In this document: piece by piece, positions 5,985-13,563 of the stretch | Numbering within the stretch: the stretch's first letter is position 1 | Layout: every line of letters starts with the position of its first letter | Source: a virus | Reading direction: 5' to 3' (one strand) | DNA: 41,417 nucleotides | IMG/VR virus record: IMGVR_UViG_3300045988_097494 | Coordinates: 1-41,417 of that record | Notes under the pieces: model-generated | Database searches by the model: none | What the model was told of the DNA's origin: nothing | What the model saw: only the letters and a program-made list of their open reading frames with translations | Position numbers and translations under genes: made by a program

Positions 5985-6017
5985 AAGCACCGCCACACAC
6001 CAGGAGGAACACACCCC

Positions 6018-6482
6018 ATGAGTACTCGCGTTGACGTCACGGACGTAGCAAATCAGTTGGACCGCATGTGGCCGCATGCGCGCATGCATGCAGCCCCCAC
6101 GCCCATGGGGCACGCCGTGGTGCTTGGCGCTACCGCGGCGGAGCTCACCCCAGATTGGTGGACGGTGCGCAAGCCGGACCAGGCGGATCGGTTCTGGGGG
6201 TACGTCGAATGCGATGAGGCCGTCATCGCAGATGCGCTTGCGGAGGCGAACGCGCACAACTTCCACGACTCGGTTCGCGGGCGCGTCACAGCATTCGACC
6301 AGCGACTCAAGGTGCGTCGCATCGGCGATGTGTACAGCATCACTACAGCGGAGTCGGAGACCATCATCATCACCCCTGTGGGTGGCCGGATTGCGGTCAC
6401 GGCTGGGGGTGTCACGCATGAGGTTGCGACCGTGGGGAACGCGATCATGGCGGTTGGTTCCCTGGTGGCGTCGACCAAGTAG
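6018..6482 (+). CDS. Hypothetical protein
   Basis: 154-aa ORF with RBS caggaggaacacaccccATG. Confidence 0.65.
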   Translation: MSTRVDVTDVANQLDRMWPHARMHAAPTPMGHAVVLGATAAELTPDWWTVRKPDQADRFWGYVECDEAVIADALAEANAHNFHDSVRGRVTAFDQRLKVRRIGDVYSITTAESETIIITPVGGRIAVTAGGVTHEVATVGNAIMAVGSLVASTK

Positions 6483-6490
6483 TTCCTAGA

Positions 6491-6561
6491 TAGGGGGTTC
6501 CCAACGGAATAGGGGGTTCCCAACGGAATAGGGGGTTCCCAACGGAATAGGGGGTTCCCAA
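6491..6561 (+). repeat. Tandem 19-bp repeats (3.7 copies of TAGGGGGTTCCCAACGGAA) just upstream of erf
   Basis: Exact head-to-tail units at 6491-6509, 6510-6528 and 6529-6547, plus a partial unit at 6548-6561. Confidence 0.95.
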
Positions 6562-6574
6562 GAAAGGGAGACAG

Positions 6575-7258
6575 ATGGCAGAACAGCTCACAGTACACCA
6601 GGCACTCAGCAAGGTCATGGAAGCCGTACAAGCAGTAAGGAAGGACAGCAAGAATCAGGCGCAGCGATTCAACTTTCGCGGCATCGACGCGGTAATGAAC
6701 GCAGTAGGCCCCGCACTCCGCAAGCACGGCGTGATCATCCTCCCCGAAGAGGTTGATGTACACCGCAGCAACGGGACCACGGCCAACGGGAAGCAGACAG
6801 CCGAGGTGGTCGTCAAGGTCACCTACAGGGTCTACGGGCCTGCCGGTGACAGCATTCACGGGGAGGTTGCTGCCGAGGCGATGGACTTCGGCGACAAGGC
6901 AATCGCTAAGGCAATGAGCGTCGCCTACCGGACGTTCCTGCTGCAGGCGCTCACCATCCCCACTGATGATCCCGACCCCGATATTGAGTCCTTCGAGAGG
7001 GGGGTTCCCAACGGAATAGGGGGTTCCCAACGGAACAGGGCACCCCAGCAGGGCACCCCCCTCCCAACAGAACAGGGGGTTCCCAAGAGAACAGCCGCAG
7101 AACAGTGCGGAACCATCCTCGACGGATTCTGCGCCACCCACCAGCTGGACGGCAACAAGGTTCGTGAGGAGTACTTCGCAGCCGGCGGGAAGGCCAACCC
7201 TGACATGCTCCGAGCATGGTTGGTACAGAACTACGGAGCAGGAAAGGTACAGGCATGA
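6575..7258 (+). CDS. erf: ERF-family single-strand annealing recombinase
   Basis: The motifs QRFNFRGIDAVMNAVGPALRKHGV and FGDKAIAKAMSVAYRTFLLQAL are typical of ERF superfamily proteins. Confidence 0.8.
   Translation: MAEQLTVHQALSKVMEAVQAVRKDSKNQAQRFNFRGIDAVMNAVGPALRKHGVIILPEEVDVHRSNGTTANGKQTAEVVVKVTYRVYGPAGDSIHGEVAAEAMDFGDKAIAKAMSVAYRTFLLQALTIPTDDPDPDIESFERGVPNGIGGSQRNRAPQQGTPLPTEQGVPKRTAAEQCGTILDGFCATHQLDGNKVREEYFAAGGKANPDMLRAWLVQNYGAGKVQA
6997..7091 (+). repeat. Second array of the 19-bp GGGGGTTCCCAA repeats, inside the erf 3' region
   Basis: ggggggttcccaacggaa (6999-7016), tagggggttcccaacggaa (7017-7035), two degenerate units, then cagggggttcccaagagaa (7073-7091). The units are translated in different frames (GVPNGI versus GGSQRN). 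Confidence 0.9.
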
Positions 7259-7707
7259 GCAAGGAAGACGCACTCCGCAGGGCGACCATCGCGGCACACA
7301 TCACTAAGGTGGCCTCCCAGGAGAAGAAGAAGGCCCTCAAAGAGCTCAAGGAGTACATGGCCCCCGGGGACACGTCCAAGCCCTCCATCGATGGCAGGCA
7401 GGTCGGTACGGTCAGCGTGAGCTCTCCTCAGCCCCGCTACCAGGTGGTGGACGAGAAGGCGCTCGTGGCCTGGCTCGAGTGGAACAAGCCTGACGCCGTG
7501 CACAAGGTGCCTGCGCCATGGTTCGTTGCCGCTAACGCACTGGATGGGTTCATCAAGCAGACCGGGGAGATTCCCGACGGCGTTGAGGTCGTTCAGGGTG
7601 ACCCGCGCATCTCGGTGCGCATCTCGGCACCTCAGGAGGATGCAATCAGGGACCTGATCGCTAGCGGGGATATCCGCCTAATTGAGATGGAGGAGGCTCA
7701 GGAGTGA
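7255..7707 (+). CDS. Possible Gam-like host-nuclease inhibitor
   Basis: 150 aa, ATGA overlap with erf. An N-terminal Lys/Glu-rich helix is followed by GTVSVSSPQPRYQVVDEKALVAWLE..GVEVVQGDPRISVR, a layout resembling Mu Gam-like proteins. Confidence 0.4.
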   Translation: MSKEDALRRATIAAHITKVASQEKKKALKELKEYMAPGDTSKPSIDGRQVGTVSVSSPQPRYQVVDEKALVAWLEWNKPDAVHKVPAPWFVAANALDGFIKQTGEIPDGVEVVQGDPRISVRISAPQEDAIRDLIASGDIRLIEMEEAQE

Positions 7708-7889
7708 CACCGCGTGAGAGGAACGCTCAACTGAGGTTGGCAGAGATTCGAGAGCGAGCAGAGAACTGGGCCCGGAACGGGAGGTATGAAGCCGAAGGCA
7801 AGCCCCCATTCCCAGCGGCGGCCGATGTCCTGAATCTTCTGGCACGTATCGACAGGTTGGAGCGCCGCCTGAACGAGGCAGAGCTGTGA
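7704..7889 (+). CDS. Hypothetical protein
   Basis: 61 aa with a GTGA overlap to the upstream stop. Confidence 0.5.
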   Translation: MTPRERNAQLRLAEIRERAENWARNGRYEAEGKPPFPAAADVLNLLARIDRLERRLNEAEL

Positions 7890-8257
7890 CCCGCCGAAAG
7901 GGGGTCTCCCAGGAAACAAGGGAGCTCGTGTACGAGAGGGACCAGTACCGGTGTGCCCGCTGCGGTAGGCACGCCGGGAATGGCCCCATGAGCATCCAGC
8001 ATAGGAGAGCTCGAGGCATGGGGGGCAGCAAGGCCCCTAATACGAACAAACCCAGTAACCTCATCCTCCTCTGCGGGGATGGGGTGCGGGGCTGCCACGG
8101 CTACATCGAGCAGAACAGGACGGAAGCCAGGCGGGGCGGATACAACGTTCCCCAGTTCGTAGCCACCCCAGAGACAATCCCAGTCAGATACTGGGATGGT
8201 TACCTCTACAGGATAGACGACGAAGGAGGAAAGGAATGCTTAGTGTCGAAGAAGTGA
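7886..8257 (+). CDS. HNH endonuclease
   Basis: RDQYRCARCGR...IQHRRARGMGG...NLILLCGDGVRGCHGYI forms an HNH/Zn motif. GTGA overlap to the upstream stop. Confidence 0.75.
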   Translation: MTRRKGVSQETRELVYERDQYRCARCGRHAGNGPMSIQHRRARGMGGSKAPNTNKPSNLILLCGDGVRGCHGYIEQNRTEARRGGYNVPQFVATPETIPVRYWDGYLYRIDDEGGKECLVSKK

Positions 8258-8457
8258 CATACACATATGCAACCATCACCTGTGACCATCCAGAATGCAC
8301 CAACAGCATCAGCTTTCGGCCGGGGCCTGAAGACCTGGAACGAGAACTGGCTGATCTTAGAGCCCTACGATACCTGGCCATTCGCAGTGGATGGAAGTTC
8401 ATTAACGACGGCACGACAACAGAGTGCAATTACCACACCAGAAAGGACACAGAATGA
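8236..8457 (+). CDS. Small zinc-ribbon protein (paralog family member 1)
   Basis: Strong RBS gaaggaggaaaggaATG. Pattern TCDHPEC...SGWKF...ECNYH is shared with the genes at 11577 and 11777. Confidence 0.6.
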   Translation: MLSVEEVTYTYATITCDHPECTNSISFRPGPEDLERELADLRALRYLAIRSGWKFINDGTTTECNYHTRKDTE

Positions 8458-8951
8458 GCAACATGAATGCATTGGCGCACAAGTTTATCGCACCCTACAT
8501 CGACGAGGAGCAGGGGCCGTTCGAGGCTGCCGGCCGCTGGCACCGCCAGTTGGGGCGCATCTCCCTCGCCATTGATCACGCTAATGACGACTCCTACCCG
8601 CTCGGTAGAGAGCTCCTAGACGAGGACCTGAAGTTCGAGCTCTCACGCATGGTTGAGGATGCGGCACTCCTGCTGCACTACCTCGGCGTTAGTGATCCTG
8701 CGGCGGAATTCCTTGCCGAGTATGAGCGTGCCGCGAAGAAGCACCCAGGAATGACGCTCGACTCCGACGGACACACGAACGAGTCGCGCTTCTACGCCCT
8801 GGCGGAGGAGGTGGGGGAGGTATGCGCCGCCCTCACCTACGACAACGCGCAGGACACGGGCCACAACGCCAACCTCACCTCGGAGGTCATCCAGGTAGGT
8901 GGGCTCGCCTTGGCTTGGCTCTCTCGTTACCATGGAGGAGTGGTCCAGTGA
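8454..8951 (+). CDS. Possible MazG-like nucleotide pyrophosphohydrolase
   Basis: 165 aa with an ATGA overlap. YALAEEVGEVCAALTYDN resembles the MazG EExGE motif. Confidence 0.4.
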   Translation: MSNMNALAHKFIAPYIDEEQGPFEAAGRWHRQLGRISLAIDHANDDSYPLGRELLDEDLKFELSRMVEDAALLLHYLGVSDPAAEFLAEYERAAKKHPGMTLDSDGHTNESRFYALAEEVGEVCAALTYDNAQDTGHNANLTSEVIQVGGLALAWLSRYHGGVVQ

Positions 8952-9367
8952 GAGACTCCCACGCAATCGCCGCCAAGTTAGAGGAATGCCTAGAAGCCGA
9001 CTACTTTCCTCAGGCAATCAAAGGCGTGTATGCGCTCATTAGTCACATCCTCTTCCTAGAGGAGAAAGTTTCTAGCCTGAAAGACACAATCAACCGATTG
9101 CAGTCCGAGTGCGGCGATAAGGATGCGTGGGAGGGTCGATATTGGGCACTCCTCGAAGAGGCAGAGGCCAGCCGCCCACGCAAGATTCGGACATGCGGCG
9201 AAGGACTTAAGGTCGGGACTGTTGTCATCGATTCAGAAGGGGATGCCTGGCAGGTCACCAAGGATAGAATCTGGGAGGTCGTAGGCGGGGCATATGACAG
9301 AAAGCCAACCCTAGACCCGAAATGGGGGCCTTACGCCATCATCTACACACCCAAGGAGGAATCATGA
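8948..9367 (+). CDS. Hypothetical protein
   Basis: 139 aa from a GTG at 8948 (GTGA overlap), inside the 8822..9367 ORF. The upstream part of that ORF is Arg/Pro-rich and overlaps the previous gene. Confidence 0.5.
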   Translation: MRDSHAIAAKLEECLEADYFPQAIKGVYALISHILFLEEKVSSLKDTINRLQSECGDKDAWEGRYWALLEEAEASRPRKIRTCGEGLKVGTVVIDSEGDAWQVTKDRIWEVVGGAYDRKPTLDPKWGPYAIIYTPKEES

Positions 9368-9549
9368 CGATTCTGCTCACCGTCGCCATTGCGGTGGCGC
9401 TCATCGCTATCGGAGCCTACGTGCACGTAGCCGGAAAGTGCGAACTTCTGGAGTTGGAGTTGCGCCTGGCGCGCGAGGAGGCCGAAGTATGGGCCGACGC
9501 CTACAATGACGCTATCCGCACGGAGCCTGAGCGTGGCGAGGACTCGTAG
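9364..9549 (+). CDS. Small membrane protein
   Basis: 61 aa with an ATGA overlap and N-terminal TM segment ILLTVAIAVALIAIGAYV. Confidence 0.55.
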   Translation: MTILLTVAIAVALIAIGAYVHVAGKCELLELELRLAREEAEVWADAYNDAIRTEPERGEDS

Positions 9550-9892
9550 AAGCGCCAAGGCCGCTGGGGCGCGGTTTGAGAGAGTTGTCGCCGACTACCT
9601 CGCAGAGGAGCTGGACGATGACAGGATCGACCGCGCCCCCAAGGCCGGGGCCAAAGACAAGGGCGACATCGCTAATGTCCGCATGGGTGACCATAAGGTC
9701 GTCATCGAGTGCAAGGATGTCGCCCGCATGGACCTGCCGAAGTGGGCCCGAGAAGCCCAGGTGGAGGCGGAGAACGCCGGCGCACTCATAGGTGTGATTG
9801 TCCACAAACGGCACGGGGTTGCCAAGCCTGACCAGCAATGGGCTACAACGACACTCGGAGACCTCGCCAGACTCCTGAAAGGACACCAATGA
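9533..9892 (+). CDS. Hjc-like PD-(D/E)xK Holliday junction resolvase/nuclease
   Basis: AGARFERVVADYL...KDKGDIANV...VVIECKD matches the Hjc-type E...D...E-x-K arrangement. A GTG at 9533 follows GGAG. An alternative ATG at 9506 has no RBS. Confidence 0.55.
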   Translation: MARTRRSAKAAGARFERVVADYLAEELDDDRIDRAPKAGAKDKGDIANVRMGDHKVVIECKDVARMDLPKWAREAQVEAENAGALIGVIVHKRHGVAKPDQQWATTTLGDLARLLKGHQ

Positions 9893-10077
9893 AAACCATC
9901 CCCGGTTACCTCACCAAGAACGAGGCGGCCAGCATGCTCGGCATCACCCGCCGAACACGCGACCGACATATCCAGAAGCACAAGGTTCCCACCTTCCGCT
10001 TCCTCGGAGACCCCACCATCCACGTCCTCGAAGAGGACATGAAGAAACTCTTCTCCCCCATCCGAAAGGACAACTGA
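9889..10077 (+). CDS. Helix-turn-helix DNA-binding protein (Xis/MerR-like)
   Basis: 62 aa with an ATGA overlap. LTKNEAASMLGITRRTRDRHIQKHKVP is HTH-like. Confidence 0.55.
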   Translation: MKTIPGYLTKNEAASMLGITRRTRDRHIQKHKVPTFRFLGDPTIHVLEEDMKKLFSPIRKDN

Positions 10078-10078
10078 C

Positions 10079-10492
10079 ATGGCATGTGACATCACCGTCG
10101 AAGGCAACCTCGGCTCCGACCCTGAGGTCAAGTTCCTCCAGTCCGGCGAGCAGATCACCGAGCTACGCATCGCAGCCACCCCCAGCAAGAAGAACCAGCA
10201 GGGCCAGTGGGAGGATGTCGGCGACCCGCTTTGGGTGACCGCCTCCTTCTGGGGTGAGCAGTACGCCCACCTTGCCGACACCCTGAAGAAGGGCGACAAG
10301 GTCACCGTGACCGGCATCCTCGTGCAGCGCGGATGGGAGGGCCAGGACGGCACCCGCAAGACCAGCCTCGAGGTGCGGCACCCCCGCTTCCGTGGCGTCA
10401 TCCCCCGCCGCAACAGCAAGCAGACATCATTCAACGCCCACCAGGGCGGGCAGGCTGGCGACCCCTGGGCCAGTGCTGGCGCCCCATTCTGA
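10079..10492 (+). CDS. ssb: Single-stranded DNA-binding protein
   Basis: OB-fold pattern ITVEGNLGSDPEVKF...GDKVTVTGILVQRGWEGQDG, a Gly/Gln-rich tail, and a terminal DPW..APF tip. Confidence 0.8.
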   Translation: MACDITVEGNLGSDPEVKFLQSGEQITELRIAATPSKKNQQGQWEDVGDPLWVTASFWGEQYAHLADTLKKGDKVTVTGILVQRGWEGQDGTRKTSLEVRHPRFRGVIPRRNSKQTSFNAHQGGQAGDPWASAGAPF

Positions 10493-10509
10493 GGAACGGA
10501 AATCACATC

Positions 10510-10695
10510 ATGACTGACTACGAGAAGGCCATCATCCCGAACGGCATTGCAGTGCTTGCCGTATATGTTGGCTCAGCTATTGCACTCATTGCCGGAATAA
10601 TCTTCTTGCCGTGGTGGCCCGCCAAGGTGGTATGTGCGCTCGTCGCCATTTATGGCGCATTGCGCACTGCGGCAGGATATTACTTGAGCCGCTAG
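10510..10695 (+). CDS. Small membrane protein (2 TM)
   Basis: 61 aa from the ATG at 10510, inside the 10333..10695 ORF, with two hydrophobic segments. Confidence 0.55.
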   Translation: MTDYEKAIIPNGIAVLAVYVGSAIALIAGIIFLPWWPAKVVCALVAIYGALRTAAGYYLSR

Positions 10696-10703
10696 GGGTC
10701 CCG

Positions 10704-10910
10704 GTGAACTTGTTTAAACTTTCAGGCATCCTTTACGCGATCGCATGGATTGCCTTCTGGGTTGCGGCCGCTAGCTTCGGCGTCATTGTTCTAGGGGGCG
10801 CCATCTACTTTGCGCCATGTCCGTTTAAGGTTGTGGCACTCATGCTTCTCGTGTCGGCAGCATTCTTCGGTGCCTCAACGGGTGTTGATTTTTGGCGACA
10901 GCGACACTAA
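10704..10910 (+). CDS. Small membrane protein (2-3 TM)
   Basis: 68 aa from the GTG at 10704. LSGILYAIAWIAFWVAAASFGVIVLGGAIYF and VVALMLLVSAAFFGA are hydrophobic. The start is uncertain. Confidence 0.45.
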   Translation: MNLFKLSGILYAIAWIAFWVAAASFGVIVLGGAIYFAPCPFKVVALMLLVSAAFFGASTGVDFWRQRH

Positions 10911-11194
10911 CTCGCAAGACGACACACCCCCGCTCCAGGGGGCAGGTCATCTGCGACGCCTGCTTCACCCCAATCAGGCAAGGGCTCATGTACCGGAGGG
11001 ACACCTGGAAGGACGGAACCTACCACTGGTCCCTCCGGTACTGCCCAGACTGCTGGCTCATCCTCGACGAGGTAGAAGCCGCAACACATCCAACCTACGG
11101 CGGCCCAGACGCCGAACACTACGAGCAATGGGCCATCAACCACATCAACACAGAAAGAGCACAATCATGGATACTGAGAACACTCCCAAACTGA
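10892..11194 (+). CDS. Cys-rich (CxxC...CxxC) hypothetical protein
   Basis: 100-aa ORF with a TTG start and the motifs ICDAC and YCPDC. The start codon is uncertain. Confidence 0.5.
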   Translation: MATATLTRKTTHPRSRGQVICDACFTPIRQGLMYRRDTWKDGTYHWSLRYCPDCWLILDEVEAATHPTYGGPDAEHYEQWAINHINTERAQSWILRTLPN

Positions 11195-11583
11195 CCGTCG
11201 CACAGCTGGACGCTATCAACAAGGCAGTTACCGCCCATAGGCCAGCATGCCTCATCGACTCCAGCACGTCCGCCAATAAGGTGTGCTTGGCCGCCATCTC
11301 CCGGCGAGGCGACACCCTCGGACGCTGGCGGCTAGAACTGAGCGACAGCGGCATGCTCCTGCAAGTAATCATTGATGATGTACAGTACGCCGAGATACTC
11401 CCTAATGAGTTCCCCGATCGGTTCGATCGCGTCTTGGGCGGGCTAGAGCTGTGGGTGAAATCGATGAACGCAGAGGAACTTAAGGTGGTTCTCCGAGATA
11501 TTCCCACCTTGGGGCACCTTATGTCAGAGCACATCATTGACCCTGCCACCTATTCGCAGCTCGGAGGTGTGTCTACATGGTGA
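11167..11583 (+). CDS. Hypothetical protein
   Basis: 138 aa from the ATG at 11167, inside the 10810..11583 ORF. The upstream part of that ORF overlaps other genes and is Arg/His-rich. Confidence 0.6.
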   Translation: MDTENTPKLTVAQLDAINKAVTAHRPACLIDSSTSANKVCLAAISRRGDTLGRWRLELSDSGMLLQVIIDDVQYAEILPNEFPDRFDRVLGGLELWVKSMNAEELKVVLRDIPTLGHLMSEHIIDPATYSQLGGVSTW

Positions 11584-11780
11584 ACATTACGCTTCGCGGA
11601 ATGCAGTGGCTAGCCCGCATGGAATGCAGCCAGTGCCACATTTCCAGAATCGAGCAGGCGCACCAGCGCAGCAAGCCATGGGTGGCCGTCGAGTCCGCCG
11701 TCAAAACCACGGCCCGTACCCTCGGCTGGAAGGTCGGAACAGAGACGGCCATCTGCGGGGCGTGCAGGAGGCACAAATGA
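11577..11780 (+). CDS. Small zinc-ribbon protein (paralog family member 2)
   Basis: 67 aa with the pattern ECSQC...LGWKV...CGACRRH. The ATG overlaps the upstream stop. Confidence 0.55.
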   Translation: MVNITLRGMQWLARMECSQCHISRIEQAHQRSKPWVAVESAVKTTARTLGWKVGTETAICGACRRHK

Positions 11781-11998
11781 CAACTATCTACCAAGCCTAC
11801 GATCTTTTAACGTACACTAGGCAGGCAACAGTGAAGTGTGACCGATGCGGTAAACGCGCGTCAATCACTATCGAGCCAGGCAGTGCATACGAGGACAATC
11901 AGAGGGAACTGGTCGACACCCTCCTCTCCTATGGCTGGGACTTTGAACTCACCAGCGACGGGCACTGCCTATGCTCGCAGCACAAGGGGGAGAAGTGA
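11777..11998 (+). CDS. Small zinc-ribbon protein (paralog family member 3)
   Basis: 73 aa with an ATGA overlap and the pattern KCDRCGK...YGWDF...CLCSQH. Confidence 0.6.
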   Translation: MTTIYQAYDLLTYTRQATVKCDRCGKRASITIEPGSAYEDNQRELVDTLLSYGWDFELTSDGHCLCSQHKGEK

Positions 11999-12159
11999 CC
12001 AAGACGTGGCTCTACATCGATGCGCGGTGCACATGGAAGCCTATCGCACGCTACCTCGCGCGACGATGGCGCAAGCAAGGCTACAGAACCGCATACGTCT
12101 CCGTCAGCGCTTGCAAGGCGCTCGTCGGCGCGCTAGACTACAACCACTCCGGTGAGTGA
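11995..12159 (+). CDS. Hypothetical basic protein
   Basis: 54 aa from a GTG at 11995 (RBS aagggggagaaGTG, GTGA overlap). Confidence 0.45.
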   Translation: MTKTWLYIDARCTWKPIARYLARRWRKQGYRTAYVSVSACKALVGALDYNHSGE

Positions 12160-12183
12160 CTCCGCTGGATGTGGGATAGGTGA

Positions 12184-12223
12184 ACGGCCCAGGGGATTGA
12201 CCAAGATGTCTCCCCTGGGCCGT
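12184..12223 (+). terminator. Strong hairpin (13-bp stem) between the small-gene block and the metallophosphoesterase gene
   Basis: acggcccagggga (12184-12196) pairs with tcccctgggccgt (12211-12223). The 14-nt loop contains TTGACC. Confidence 0.55.
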
Positions 12224-12255
12224 TGCCACACTCTGGACAGAAAGACAAGGCACCA

Positions 12256-13419
12256 ATGACCCCCCTTGATGAAGCCATCATCGAGAACGACCTCCTCCCC
12301 GAGGACCAGCGCGCCAGCAACGTAGAGCTCGCCGCACGATTCAACACATCAGAGTCGTCCGTGCGCCGCCACCGCGCCAAGCTCAAGCGCCGCGGAGCCC
12401 CAGACATGGGGCACGACGCATTCTTCAATGACGTCCCAGTAGAGGCCATCACGCAGCGCGGGAAGACGATCCGCCTCCCCGATGGCTCCTACGAGAAGAT
12501 CACCTGGCGTCCGGGTGCGGTCGAGATGGCGGAGGCTAAGCGCCTCTCCTATAGCGACCTGGAGCCAGTATTCCAGGAGCCCCTCCTCACCAAGCCCACC
12601 AAGATCGCCGACAACTCCACCAAGGTCGTATGCCTCGCCGACTTTCAGATTGGCAAGCGACAGTCAGGCGGTGGAACCGAGGACACGGTTCGCCTCGTCC
12701 GCCGCGCCCTCAAGGACATCGCGGACGACATTCGCTTCCGTGGCCCCTACAAGCGGATCATCCTCGCCGACGTAGGAGACTCGACTGAGGGCTTCTGGAA
12801 TGTCGCCAGCCAGGCCCAGACCAACGACCTCTCCCTCACGGACCAGATTCGCGCCGTGCAACGCCTATACGCCGGAGCCCTCCAGCTGCTTGCCCCTCTC
12901 TGTGAGTCCCTCTACTATGTGGCCGTTCCATCCAACCACTGCGCCGTCCGCACCGGGCAGGGTAAAAACAGTCGCGCCAACGCCCCGGATGACGACTTCG
13001 GAATCATGATCTCAAAGAATATTGAGGATATCATCGCCGGGCGCCCCGGATATGAGCATGTCACCTTCCACCGCCCAGAGAAGTGGGAGGAGGCTGTCAC
13101 TGTGGATGCGGCTGACGGCACGCGCATTGGCTTCACTCACGGCCACCTAGCGGGCTCACAGAGCAAGGTGCCTGGATGGTTCAGGGACCTCGCGTTCGGG
13201 CGCAGGAGCGGCCTCTACGACGCGAGAATCCTGGTCCACGGGCACTGGCACAACTTCGCCGTGAGCCAGGCCGGGGACGCCCGGTGGATCATCTCCTGCC
13301 CGTCCGCAGATCGCGGCTCTGACTGGTGGACGAACCTGTCTGGGGACTCCACTCGGCCAGCTATCCTCACCTTCGAGGCCCAGGGAGGCAGCGCCTCATC
13401 CTGGGAGCTCTACTCCTGA
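12256..13419 (+). CDS. Calcineurin-like metallophosphoesterase with N-terminal HTH-like region
   Basis: Motifs VVCLADFQIG, ILADVGDSTEG, VPSNHC, FTHGH and VHGHWH. N-terminal segment NVELAARFNTSESSVRRHRAKL. The ATG at 12256 has RBS cagaaagacaaggcaccaATG. Confidence 0.75.
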   Translation: MTPLDEAIIENDLLPEDQRASNVELAARFNTSESSVRRHRAKLKRRGAPDMGHDAFFNDVPVEAITQRGKTIRLPDGSYEKITWRPGAVEMAEAKRLSYSDLEPVFQEPLLTKPTKIADNSTKVVCLADFQIGKRQSGGGTEDTVRLVRRALKDIADDIRFRGPYKRIILADVGDSTEGFWNVASQAQTNDLSLTDQIRAVQRLYAGALQLLAPLCESLYYVAVPSNHCAVRTGQGKNSRANAPDDDFGIMISKNIEDIIAGRPGYEHVTFHRPEKWEEAVTVDAADGTRIGFTHGHLAGSQSKVPGWFRDLAFGRRSGLYDARILVHGHWHNFAVSQAGDARWIISCPSADRGSDWWTNLSGDSTRPAILTFEAQGGSASSWELYS

Positions 13420-13424
13420 ACATA

Positions 13425-13444
13425 CAAGGCCCCCGCTTGTAACT
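13425..13444 (+). repeat. 20-nt direct repeat CAAGGCCCCCGCTTGTAACT, copy 1 (decayed terminator copy)
   Basis: Identical to 13564..13583. Only a 7-bp stem (gcttgta / tacaagc) survives here. Confidence 0.85.
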
Positions 13445-13481
13445 ACCCAGATACAAGCACCCCCTAGGAAAGGAGGCGATC

Positions 13482-13556
13482 ATGCGTTGGTATTGGGATG
13501 CCACTGTCGGTAAGGCGCTGAGTGGATGGCGATGGAAGTTGCATCACCTCTGGTGA
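13482..13556 (+). CDS. Trp-rich 24-aa micro-ORF (MRWYWDATVGKALSGWRWKLHHLW)
   Basis: Near-perfect RBS AAAGGAGG (13469-13476) lies 5 nt before the ATG. The ORF is below the ORF-track length cut-off and I translated it by hand. It sits between the two copies of the 20-nt repeat. Confidence 0.35.
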   Translation: MRWYWDATVGKALSGWRWKLHHLW

Positions 13557-13563
13557 GACACGG

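Noticed and set aside
6491-6561. Possible CRISPR array
   Set aside because: The repeats are directly head-to-tail with no spacers. The unit is only 19 bp, and no cas genes or leader are present.
6053-7297. 414-aa minus-strand ORF with repeated LGTPYSVGNP peptides
   Set aside because: It is antisense to three well-supported plus-strand genes, including erf. The peptide repeat is only the reverse translation of the 19-bp DNA repeats. It has no RBS. Long shadow ORFs are expected in high-GC DNA.
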